Assembly (NCBI RefSeq): GCF_003704095.1
Contig: NW_020847569.1
Location: 682,001-746,000 of the forward strand
DNA from: Pocillopora damicornis
Lineage: Eukaryota
DNA length: 64,000 bases
Direction of reading: 5' to 3'
The position numbers and the translations under genes are program-made. The notes beneath the pieces are model-generated. The model saw only the letters and a list, made by a program, of their open reading frames with translations. It ran no database searches and was not told where the DNA came from. This document shows, one piece after another, positions 1 to 11,800 of the stretch. The stretch's first letter is position 1, and each line of letters begins with the position of its first letter.

Positions 1-942
1 GAAGCTTATAGCAACCGTGAGAAATACCTCTACGGTGGTATTATGTTTGCAGAAATCATTGTGAAAAGGTCGCTTGTATTTTCGCTCGTATTTTCATTTG
101 GTTTTGAGTGGGGTTGAATTTTTTTCTGTTTTGTTTGATTTTAACAGATATTTGTTCTGAAAATCGTTTGTTCTCCAAAAAACCCTCTCAGCCATGGCAC
201 AATTATCAAACCTAACAAAAATTTACTGCTCTCCTTTCAAGTGTTTTGTACACTGTCTGCAAGCCAAGAAAATAAAATACCAACCTGGAGCAGTGTATCC
301 TTAATCTTAATACTCGCCTAATCTTCCTAGTACTGTCATGCTTTGGAAACTTTCAAAAGAAGTCGGGTGATATCTTCAAAAACTGCCGAAATGCTACATA
401 CATATTTTTGGCTCAGAAGCATACCTTGACTCAATCCTAGTTCTTGACAAGAAGGTTGATCCCATAGAGACGCCTTTACTGTACTCAAGCAGAAATTTCA
501 GAGTTCAGTTCGCAGTTACTCATTTTGACTCCTCTACACTGAAATCTTCAAATATTATTTCGTAAGTCCGTTGATTTGACAGAAAACCGGTAATCTGCGG
601 GTAAGAAAAATTCATAAGATTTTCACGAATGTGACTCTTGTCCATCTTAGGCGAAGACAACTCACGCTTCACGCACACATTAATTCACGAATCACGTTCC
701 TCTTATGGTTATTTTCACGCGTCACGTACTAATTTGTTTCCCTAATCATTCATCACACACACCTTCTCAAATATCGTCCATTAAAACCAAGACCGTGTCC
801 TGGCAGCCAATATTATTCAGGCTTTTATTCGTTCGAGCTGTCAATTTTGAACAATTCCAATTCAAAGCTTAACAAATTCTACTTACTTTCGATTTATCTG
901 AAACTTTTTTCGTATCTTTCAGAAGCATTATCACTGTTCGAA

Positions 943-2866
943 ATGTTCTCGTCCTTTCTAAGAGGTGACCTTTCGGATAACGAAGTTGATTTTCTCGCCT
1001 CAGAAGGCCGAGACTATTTTCTCACCCGCGGAATGATTTACAAAAACAAGAGTGGAAATTTAGAGCACAGACCCTTTACTGTCCTTCCCACTCCATTTCC
1101 AAGAAGACTTTTCGCAGCTGCCAGAGAGGTTCAAAAGGATTTTAATTTGCTGGTGCACAAGGCAAGCCAGGATTTCCAGTTCACGAAAGACGCACTTCTG
1201 AGGTACACTTTCATCTTTACTTTAATTTCCCTACTTATCATTCCGAATCGCTGGTTTGTGACAGTGAATCTCTCAAACTCGTGGATTTTCTCTTAATCTT
1301 CTGTACTTATCTTTTAGTACCATAACTGCGGATGTATTCACAGCAAAAATATTTGCCATTTACGAGAAAACTCAAGAGCAAGGCATAGATCAGGTGTGTA
1401 CACAACTTGGCTGTTAGGGAGGTCTGTGGATGCATGTCTTATACATATTAATTATTGAGCGAAAGATTGTCATTGATTCTACTATAAATCAACCCTTTCT
1501 TTCTTTAAGGATCTATGGAAAAAAAATTGATCGATTGATACCCTCTTTTCGTAAATTATTTAATTACTCTTTTAACATAAAAGGAACATAAACAATTATT
1601 TTTCGAATCGTTAGGTAAATTACAATAAACGTTTTATTTTTCTCAGCCCATTTCGTTGGGAATCTTCCGATCGGACTACATGCTTGAACAAACAAGCGGG
1701 TCGCACAACCAAGAAGACGAAAACTTAAACCTTTGTATCAAACAAGTTGAACTAAACACTATTTCCATAAGTGCCATATCTTCATCATGTCGTGCTTCCA
1801 GCCTTCACAGGTATGATGCATCCTATTATTTTATCCAAATTTTTACTTGGGACGCACTGATGCAATTACTTATGCCTGTGGCGATTTTGCGCTCTTTGGA
1901 AAGACGCTTTACGCAAAGGCAATGTATTGTTTACGTCCGTAAATGTTAGAAAGCTGCGCGAAAATCTGTCCCTTGATTAGACTTAGATAAACAATGAAGG
2001 GGATAAAGAGAAAAAAAAAAAAAGGGTTTAATTTACGCAACATTTCGATGTCTTCGCGTTATGAGAAAATTTTCAAGTGATGAAATAAATGAAAAGAATA
2101 TTTAATCTCCTTACAAACATATTCAGCGTGTAAAACTAGAATTAACATTTTAAATTGTTCATCTTTGTAGTTACTGATAACAATTTGAAAAATTGACCAA
2201 CACTGTTTCCTAGCGATAAAAGCACATTTTTACCCATGGCACCGAAACAATAAGTGACCTTACCAGTAACTCAGTAACCGTCCTCAATGAGAAATTGAAT
2301 TGTTTAAGCCATCCTACGATATGTCATTCACATGAAAGAAAAATCCAGGCCCAATCACGCAATCAAAATCTATCGTGCAAGATATAAGTTCGTCCGTAGG
2401 GTGAAAATCAGGTTGCTAGAGACTGCAATACGCATTTTTTTATAACTTGTCAACTCCGGTGCTTGTCAGTTCTGCGCTCTTAGCTATCTTACATTTCCTC
2501 GTAAATTAATTACAAGAATTTGGTATTAGATCAAATTAACAAACTCTGCTTGATAATTCTAAGTATTCTCATTACCTGTTTGCTGGATAAAGTATGGATA
2601 TTATAAGGAGAAGTTACTTGTTAATCACTTGTGGGAATAAAAAGGTTAAGGAAATATGACATTGAAACTGGAAGACATAAGCAAACCTAAAATCGTAGAT
2701 TTTCTCTCTGTGAAAATTGATTTTTTTGGAAGAATCTACATTATTTTGTTTGTTAACAGCAACACTTACACTGCAAATAATTCTTCAAAAATATCTTGTT
2801 TTCTACCATTTTTGATTTAGATCATGGAAATATTTTAAACTGTGTACAACTTCTAAATACTAAGAG

Positions 2867-2910
<44 letters not shown>

Positions 2911-5900
2911 TGAATTATTTTCGCTTACCCCAATGATTCATTTACGTGATTCCAGACATCTGTTGAATCTTATTGGAAAAGAGGAGAAGGTATAGTAACT
3001 ATCATTTACTTTTGATATTGGGCTTGTGTTAACTTCCAAAACCGTTTTTTTTTTCCGAAGCCATATGAAAAAAAAAGATCATATTTACAGAGCTTGGACT
3101 AGAATCCTTCAATTGATGTTATTGTCGTTTTCTTTTTCAAGGGTGCTCTAGCCCTTTTTGCTAACTAGTTGTCTTTCTCCTTGCATGCTTCTTTGTAGTC
3201 ACCGCCTCCAAACTTTGCACTCGATGAAGTAGCTGAGGGACTCATTAAGGCCTGGGAACTATACGAGTCACCGAGGTATAACCGATACACTTAACTAATA
3301 TTTAGACCAATGATTTTCTAGTTTTCATTCGGCCAGCAGCTTCGATCACATTTCAAATACGTGTATCAGTCACATTATTTGGCAAAGAATGAAGAAATTA
3401 TCCCGCGCGGGGTGCAACTACATCTAAACAAGGTATATGATTAATAATCGGGCAAGGCATTGTGTTAGTATATCGATCAATGAAAAGTGTTCTATTCCAA
3501 TCGTGTTGTTTTATTTTGTTGCCCAACTATTGTTGTTTTCCACTTCTAGCAACGTTTTGCTTTATATCTTTTCAGTGCAGTTATCATGTTTGTCGTTCGT
3601 CCCGACGAAGTAAATGTGTATGTCCAAAGGATTCTGGAATACAGCATCAGAGACAAGTAATGAATTTGCAGATAGAACGCTTTTCCACTTAGTGTCGTAA
3701 AACCAGAGCGAGAGTGATCACCACAGCTCATCAGAACAAACAACATCATTAAAAACAACCATAAATTCAATGCAAATTGAACGAAGCGAGCGAGAAAAAT
3801 GCGAATAAGTCATGATCGATTTTAATTCATTGTCTAGTCGATAGTCGAGATCCAGCGCAAGTTTTCTAGACCCTAAAATGTAAAACCACAGGCAGTAAAA
3901 CAAAAGCAATCAAATCTGTGATTACTTTTTCCCTCCAGCAGTGCGTTATCGAATGATTCAATTGATAAAGATATTGCGTGTATCTTCAACTGGTTAGCGG
4001 GCTGATGTGTGGATCTGAAGGTCCGGGTTTCAACGAGAAAAACTTGATTTCACTATTCAGGGGCGTGGGAGGAATTTTCCTGTTGGATAGGAAGGGGGGG
4101 GGGGGGGTATTATGAGCTATTTTAGGTAATGAATAAAAATAAAACTTCATCTTTATTCTTGCAGAAACCGCGCTGTAAAAGTGATCAGACGAACCTTGAC
4201 CGAAATTTGTACTCGAAGCGAAATACAGGGCGACAAATCCCTCTTTGTGTAAGAAAGTTGGCATTACATTTATTATCTCCCAGTTTTCGTTTTCTGTTTA
4301 GTAACTCTTTGATCATACCTCTTAATTCACCAACTAAACGACTGAGAAGCTGATTCACTGCTTAACTCCCCATGTATTGAATGAATTTCTTTCTGACTTA
4401 CTGACTGGGCGATAAAATATTTATGTACTCGCAATGATATACCTAATACTAATTGTTGTGGTAAAGTTCTCTGTTTCATAATTTTTAGGTGATAAAATGG
4501 AAAATTATTTTTTGGGTTAATTTCTTTTAGTTTATTCTTTCAAGTTATTGAGATAGTAATTCCAAGATCGTGCGCACAAATCTGCTTTTATAAATGACTA
4601 CATATGTAGACGCCTGAACTCTTATTAGGTTCTTATTTACCTTTAACAGGGATGGACTTGAGGTCGCTGTAGCTTACTTTAGAGCAGGTTACACACCCGT
4701 TGACTACCCTAGTGAAGACGTAAGTGCCCTTGCTAACTCCTTTTTCAAAACTTGGATAAGAATTTTTCGAAAAATGTTTTCCCGAAGAATAAATTATGTG
4801 GAAACTAGCTCAGTGAAAACGTACTACCGCGAGAAAACTATACACCTGTATGAGATAAAACGCAGAGATTTTATAAAGGATAAGTGATAAATTTATTTGC
4901 CACGAATTCTAGAAGAGGAAAGGCTTATCTAAGTTTCTGATAGGCTCATGTATGTGTTCTTAGATGAAATACATGCTAATTTTCTGACTCAGGAATGGTC
5001 AGCTCGTCTGACAATCGAGCTGTCTCGTTGTATTAAATGCCCGACAGTGGCTCATCAGTTGATGGGAACCAAAAAGATGCAACAAGTATTTGCTGAACCT
5101 GGAGTTTTAGAAAGGTAACAAGCTCCGAAGAAATTAGGGCTCGAGATAAACAAGGCACAATCTTTAGGTTTTTTCTTGTAAAACTGGGTGGGTTGATTGG
5201 AATGGGGTGTTCAACCGTGATACCGTTATCCGGGTCAGCCCTCCCCGCCCTTTCATGGAGACACATTGTAGATATATAAGAAACCGAGCCAACCCCGATT
5301 GACTGAGCTCATATGAATACATTCCAAACCTTTATAGACCTTTACACCCTCAGATCAGAGTAGATATTTTCCTTACTGTGCTCTACACATTTCCTACGGT
5401 TCTGAAAAGGACTAGTTGTTTTACAATCCAGGGCCTCTTTTGTTGGCGATCATTTCCTTTATTCTCATAACCTTAACATTCGATTCAATGAACAAATTGT
5501 TAGGAGAAATTAGGTGCTGGTCACCTTTAAAGATTGTAGGGTTTATAATCTCCAGCGGTGTAGTATTTTTATGCAACTGAGTTCAATTAAGAAATTCATT
5601 TTTCATATTTTGAGTAGGTTTTTACCGAATAGAGAGGCAGTGGACAGAGTAAGAGCAACCTTTACTGGATTATACACTCTCGATCCGGTAAATGAATAAC
5701 TGTACATAGTGTTAAGAACTTTACCCAGTGTGTGAAGGCAGAATTTTAATAACCAGACCTTGCTAAGGAATGACATACTTGTGTCTTACCCCTGAGAAGC
5801 TTATCTGTAGTGATCTGAGACAGTGTATAGAGTACATCTGTTGCTGCATGCGTCGACCCACGTCATGACTGTTCGTATCTGTAGGTTTGTATTTAAGATG

Positions 5901-7711
5901 CAGTTACAAGTCTCTTCAGTATGTAATGTGTTAAACGTCATTAAAGGATATATCTACTAAAATAACTGGCATGGGTATACTGTCTATGGAGAATTTTCAG
6001 ATTGAATGTAAATTGTCAAAATCATGAAATATGCCAGTTTTTCGAACCTATTTCAGACAAAATAAAAAATGTTATTCTATATTTCTCAATTTCAGGGACC
6101 ATCAGGAGATCGCAATGTCGAGTGTTGTCTCCAAGCCGTGGAAAGGTTTGTCATGAAACCTCAGAGGGAAGGAGGAGGTATGATAGGATTTACCTTTAAT
6201 AGCCAAATGGAAAGAGATGAGAGAAATAACAACAACTTTGAGCTTCGCTGTTCTCTTTGAGAAGTGCAAAACTAGCTCTAGCAATCAAAAAGTAAAAAAA
6301 CACTACTAATTTATTACGCTAATTTGTGTGGATACCTGCTCATCCCATGACTACAGGTAATCTCATCTATGGGGAAGATATCCGGCACACACTCCAAAGC
6401 AATCCTGAAAAGCGTTCTCAGTATATTTTGATGGACCGAATTCGACCTGCTTGCATCAACAGGAACTTTATCGTTCGTCAGGAGTCCATAAAACCTGCAG
6501 AAATTATCTCTGAACTGGGGATTTTTGGCATTTTTCTCAGGTAACCGGCGGTTTTTAATATAATTTGATTTTTCTGTGTTGCTGGAACCATTTTCAGTAT
6601 TGGAGGACATGTAAGAAAACCCTTCGGATATCTTTAAAGTTGTTACCTGATTTTTCGACCTGACCCGATCGTTTTCACGATGAATAGGAATCTGACCTGA
6701 TCAACACTTCCTATTTATACGCATTTAGCCTCATTCGATGAACAAAGATAAACTAAGATTGTTCACTGTTCAGAATTTTTTCCTTCACAAATTGCTGCAC
6801 CGTTGTTTTCATATTTAACCCTCCCTGACTCTCCTTAAAACAAGTCAGTTTTTATGATTATGCCCAGTAAAATCTGTTGGATACTATAGAGGAGCTTCCC
6901 GATTGCTTTTCATAATCGATCACAGGGGCAAATCAGATCTAAGGTTAGCCTTTAACCCTTAAGAATGACCAGCCTCTAATTTCTCCTTACAATATCACCC
7001 CTTAATCAAACATTAAAGCCACGAGAATTAAGGAGATGATCATCAACTTATAAAGCTCTTGGTTTTTAGAAAAATTCTCCTTGTCAGTATGAAGAATATG
7101 CATACTGATGTTAGGATGTAAAGGGTTAACAAAGCAAGGAGCCAATGGAAACTTAAAGTAAACGCATGAATGCTTTAACCCTTTACCTTCCACGAGTGAC
7201 CAACAGAGAATTTCTCCTTACAATATTACTACAATATCAAGCATAAAAGTTATGAGAATAAAGTAAAATAGCAACTGAGGGATTATTAGTTGATCCAATA
7301 GCAAATTCTCCAAATTTACATTATAATAACTGTATGTCCGACAGTAAAGAGAATTACTTATTAGATCTTGGGAGTTTAAGGATTAAGTGCGCGAAAACGT
7401 GAATAACTTCGAGCTATGGTTAGCAATAGTTTTGAATCTGATTGGTCAAGAAAGTGACACCAACCACTGGACCAATCATACAGTGTGGTGATGCAAAGTC
7501 AAGGCGATTGCTGTCGACGTTCGAATGAGAATTCTCTTGCATCTTGCCAATTAAAGCCTAACAAGCCTTTTTCTGCTGTTTTAGTCAGGGAGATGAGATA
7601 CTGATCAACAAAGATGGAGGCTACCTTGTCCGCAGTAGGCCATGGGATAAGTTAGAAGTGATAAGTCTTCATGGAGAAGGCGCCTACTGCAGTCCATATT
7701 TGGTAGACTAG
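943..7711 (+). CDS. Glutathione synthetase-like ATP-grasp ligase (eukaryotic GSS family), 13 coding exons, divergent substrate loops
   Basis: GT-AG exons ~943-1202, 1318-1393, 1647-1810, 2956-2989, 3199-3275, 3576-3656, 4165-4248, 4650-4719, 4993-5114, 5618-5687, 6096-6177, 6357-6540, 7585-7711. They encode the GSS motifs [77 protein letters not shown] and ISELGIFG. Stop TAG at 7709-7711; AATAAA at 7801. Confidence 0.9.
2870..2907. repeat. (TA)n microsatellite
   Basis: About 19 consecutive TA units in GSS-like intron 3. Confidence 0.95.
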
Positions 7712-8878
7712 AATGCACTTCACTTAAAGAGTAGCAAGCGAATAGATTTTATGTTGCTGTGCGGCTGTGCTGTAGAAAAACACAGATAACGTCAAGATGT
7801 AATAAAAACGAAAGAATGGCACAGGAGGCACAGTCGAGTGTGTTACTGATGTTCTTGACGGTAGTTTTCTCTCGTCCTCACTAATTGTTCAAAAAAAGGC
7901 TGGTATGACCCCCTTTGTCGTACAATGATATACCTCTTGAATTTGTATTTGAAAGGTTGCGGAGAGGCTGGTGAAATTAAATTTGCCCTCGCCCTTCAGT
8001 GAGGAGAATTTCCAGAGGGCTGGTTAATCATTTGAGTGTGCGAGGCGAGAATAAAATCAAATATGTCCCTTTGAGCTGATTTTTGTCTTTAAAAAAGACT
8101 TTAAAAGGAAAGATCCCGAAAACTGCCATGAAATCTTCTTCTCTAAGCAAAAAGTCGTCGACAATTGACAGGGATGGCAGGGTTGGTAATGTTCAGCTTT
8201 TAGCGCTGGGTACTAATCCCTGGGGTTTTAGTGACGGGGTTTCAGCGCTAAATGATACATGTAAGGGGTTTCTTGATGAGAGAGGAATTGAATAACGAGC
8301 CAAAAGAAAGCCAGGAAGGAGGTATTCATAACGAGTTTGCAGCACGCACAATTTTCATTTCCATTTCCGGTTGTTATAAATGCAAGTTTTATGTTTTGTG
8401 TTTATGTGACCTTTGTGATATTCAGTCACGGTTAGTCGCAAGTTAACTTTACCTCCATGATATTTTTATTTGAACACACCAGGGCCTAGTTTTTAAAAGA
8501 GCGGATAACGCTATCCGAAGGATAAAACGCTATCCAGCGGACAAGAGTTAACAAAACATACTGTGCTATCCACCGTATAGAGATTTATCCCCGGACTAGT
8601 ATAGTTTATGATTACCCAAGAACTCCTACATAGAGCCAGAATTTCACACCGCACACAAATATTAGCAACCTTCAACAACAGCGAAAGGGAGGAACGAGAT
8701 GCAAATATTGTATGCAAATATTGTATGGAATATATGCATGGAATAAGTGCCCGACAGACTCTCCTTCCACAATTGAAGATTCGTATCTACAATCAACAAA
8801 TCAGTCTATTTTGTCTAATCACAACATTGAACGTCTTTCCACGAGGGATAGGGGACTGTTTTCTTTTTCTTTCGAAGC

Positions 8879-11800
8879 TCAGATGGCAATACTATTTGGA
8901 ATTCTCTCTGGCAAAAGATATGGGTACGGGACACGAAGTTTTGCGTTTCGCGCCTTAATTTCAGCGGATATGCCCTTCAGTTTCCTCTGAAATACTTCAA
9001 TGGCGGCTTTGGCAGGTTCTTCGATGAATAGCTCCTCTGGGTAGTCACCAATGAATTTCTGTCAATTAGAACAAATGATAAGTGGTTTTGAAGTAGTACG
9101 AACTACGATCGAAAAAACAAACATGTACTTGATAACATCAACTCTGCACTGATGGTTTTTGCATGATTTGTTGATGAAGCACGCATGCGTATCGATTGCC
9201 TGCTTTTCGAAATGTGTTCCGTTAACACTAAGTTCACTTTAAATCCTAGAGGTGACCTTAACTGGTACAAGAATAAAGGGGGGTAAGTTTCTAAAGAAAC
9301 TGCGGTGCTGCGTCGGTGGAGGAGTATAACAAGACAAATTGGTTTTATCAACTGAGTTGACAGTGTAAATTAGCCAGCGTAAGGAGTTTCTAAAGCTGAC
9401 TTTTCAAGCATTAGCCCTTTGTCAGAGCGAATTGACGATCGTGAATTGCTGAGGCTCTGGAAACTCTTTATGGTGGCCAAGTCACATTATTAACTCAGTT
9501 GATAAAACCAAATTACCTTAACTGGTACAACTGAAGACAATCACGAATTGAGCACAGAAGTTATGCATTACGGTACCTCGTCTTTAAAAATACGGGTCAA
9601 GTCGTACACTGTGGCAATGGTGAGGGAAGATTGGTGCTTGGTAGCCAAGCATTTCATGAGGTCTGCTTGCCCCACAACTCCTTTCTTGGTCGGTGGTGGC
9701 TGACGCATGAGTGCTGGAGAATTTGGCGGGAAACCGTATACGTCCATCTGGGAGAAGTTAACTGCTGCGTGTTGGCAGGCGCAGGTGAAGATGATGGAAG
9801 TCAAGAATTCGTACAGCTGGACGCAACTGGTAAAAGATGGCGGAACACCATGGTTTGTATGGCCTGGTTTATTGGGATAGCCATTGTCATGCAGATCTTT
9901 GACCCAATTCTGAAGCTCGTAGTCCTTTAATAAAAGTAACACGATGAGTTTTATTTGGATGGATTACAAGACACAGATTGCGAAAGGAAGAATAAATAGC
10001 CAAAGTGACAAAACAATATCCCGAGTTGACGGGATAATAAATTATGAGTGTTTGATTATCGCTGATTAACACTCTTCCAAAAAAAAAAGTGGATTTCAAC
10101 CTCAGTTCGAAAGGAGGCACGGAAAGGATAAGCTTAATCTACAGTCGTCCTTGATCAGGAGACCAACAAATGCAACTACTGTGCGCGGATTTAAATCATA
10201 TTTAGCAATTTTGATTTCATAAACCTTTACTTTTATTAACTCTCTGATATGGTTTAAGTAAAATCGTTAAGTGCGCAGGCACAAAAACAATACATTGCTG
10301 ACAACCTCTTATCTCCCAGAAGTGACTAACATGTAACCTCTCCCTATAATAACCATATACTATCCAACAAAAAGGTACTGGGAATATTCAACGTTATCAG
10401 GTAGAAGTTTTCATCTTGATCAAACATCAAATTCTCGTAACTAATTCACTAAGAAGTGTGCTCTTATCTCCCAGAAGTGACTAACATGTAACTTCTCCCT
10501 ATAATATTCATATACTATCCAACAAAAAGGTACTGAGAATATTCAACGTTATCAGGTAGAAGTTTTCATCTTGATCAAACATCAAATTCTCCTAACTAAT
10601 TCACAAAGAAATGTGTATGAGCAAGAGAGGAGAGTTTACAGTCAGATGTTGGGAGTTAAAGGGTAAAACTAACTCAACGTGACCGCGTTAGATTTGGTGT
10701 GGATTTTGCTGCAAGGAGATAGAGTGGCTTACTTTACCACTTCGTCGTAAAGACTTAGTAAAAGCTGTTTTTTTGACCTCCTTTGGTTCTTAGAATCTTG
10801 AGGAAACTGATTAACGTCTAAAAAAAGCCATCGAAAGCACTCTATATTTCTCCTTCTATGCTGCACAACGTGATGTAAGGTTGAGAGGAAGGACAACTCG
10901 AAAAGCTTCAGATTTTGTAAATTGGTCGGCTTTTTTGATCGTCATTTAACAACTTTTTTTAGTAATCATCCAACACCTTTTAGGATTATTAGACCGGTCT
11001 ATCGTTCGATTAAGTATTTGACTCATTACCTTCTGCACTTCACCATCTGAGTGGTAATAGCCAGATAGAATCTCCTTGACGAAGTCTGCTATGGCTGCCC
11101 AGAGTTTTAAAGAATCTTCGCGGTAGTGGAAGTTGGGTAGTTTTTCGGGATCATCCACCCCTCTGTCTTTTAGCACTTGTGGCAGGATATACGAGGGCCA
11201 GGTACTGCTGCTCTTGTAGAATTTCTTCATTAGGGTGACATGCCCTGGCAAAAGCAATTAGACACATGTGTAAAGCGCGATGACTCAATCAAGCTCAAAG
11301 TAACATGGGAGAGTAGATAAGAAAATCGTCAAAATTCATAAAGGTGCCCTGCAACTGGATTTGTCAAAAAATGTGGTAAATATCCTTATTTTTTACATGT
11401 GTAAGGGAGCAATTTAAACCAGACACTTGGTAATTTGACCTCCCGGGAGACAGATTGACGCTATGAGTTATCGTTTTACCTCCTCCGCCAACAGTCAAAG
11501 TGTTATCAGCCACTCCTCCCTCCGCTATCAAGACATCTCTGCCAAGAGTGTTGATGGCCAGAACTCCTCGGATATGAGGGGCCAACAATTTCCAAACGGG
11601 GTGGATTGTGGGTAGCTGTCTATAGCTGGCAACGGCAATGGGTTCCATGAAGAGATGGGTGCGGAGAAGATGGGTGACCATCTAAATACAACAGACACAG
11701 ATGACAGGAAAGTTTATTTTGTAAAAAAAGTGCATTTTTCAGGCATGGCTCTCGTGGTTCAGGGAACCTATCTTGCGTGTCCACGTATTATTTACCTTCT

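Noticed and set aside
847-942. N-terminal extension of ORF 847-1296
   Set aside because: It starts at a TTG. The first ATG in good context is 943, and the ORF tail after 1202 is intron read-through.
2205-2219. Exact match of tgtttcctagcgata between a GSS-like intron and the copy B promoter block
   Set aside because: A single short match without flanking similarity; not enough to claim shared regulation.
8608-8990. Plus-strand ORFs overlapping LOX exons (also 9631-9930, 12720-13115, 24140-24421, 50092-50379 and similar)
   Set aside because: These are antisense shadows of the LOX coding exons with no recognisable motifs.
10306-10615. CRISPR-like or functional repeat array
   Set aside because: It is a two-copy tandem duplication inside a MITE in a eukaryotic intron, with no repeat-spacer structure.
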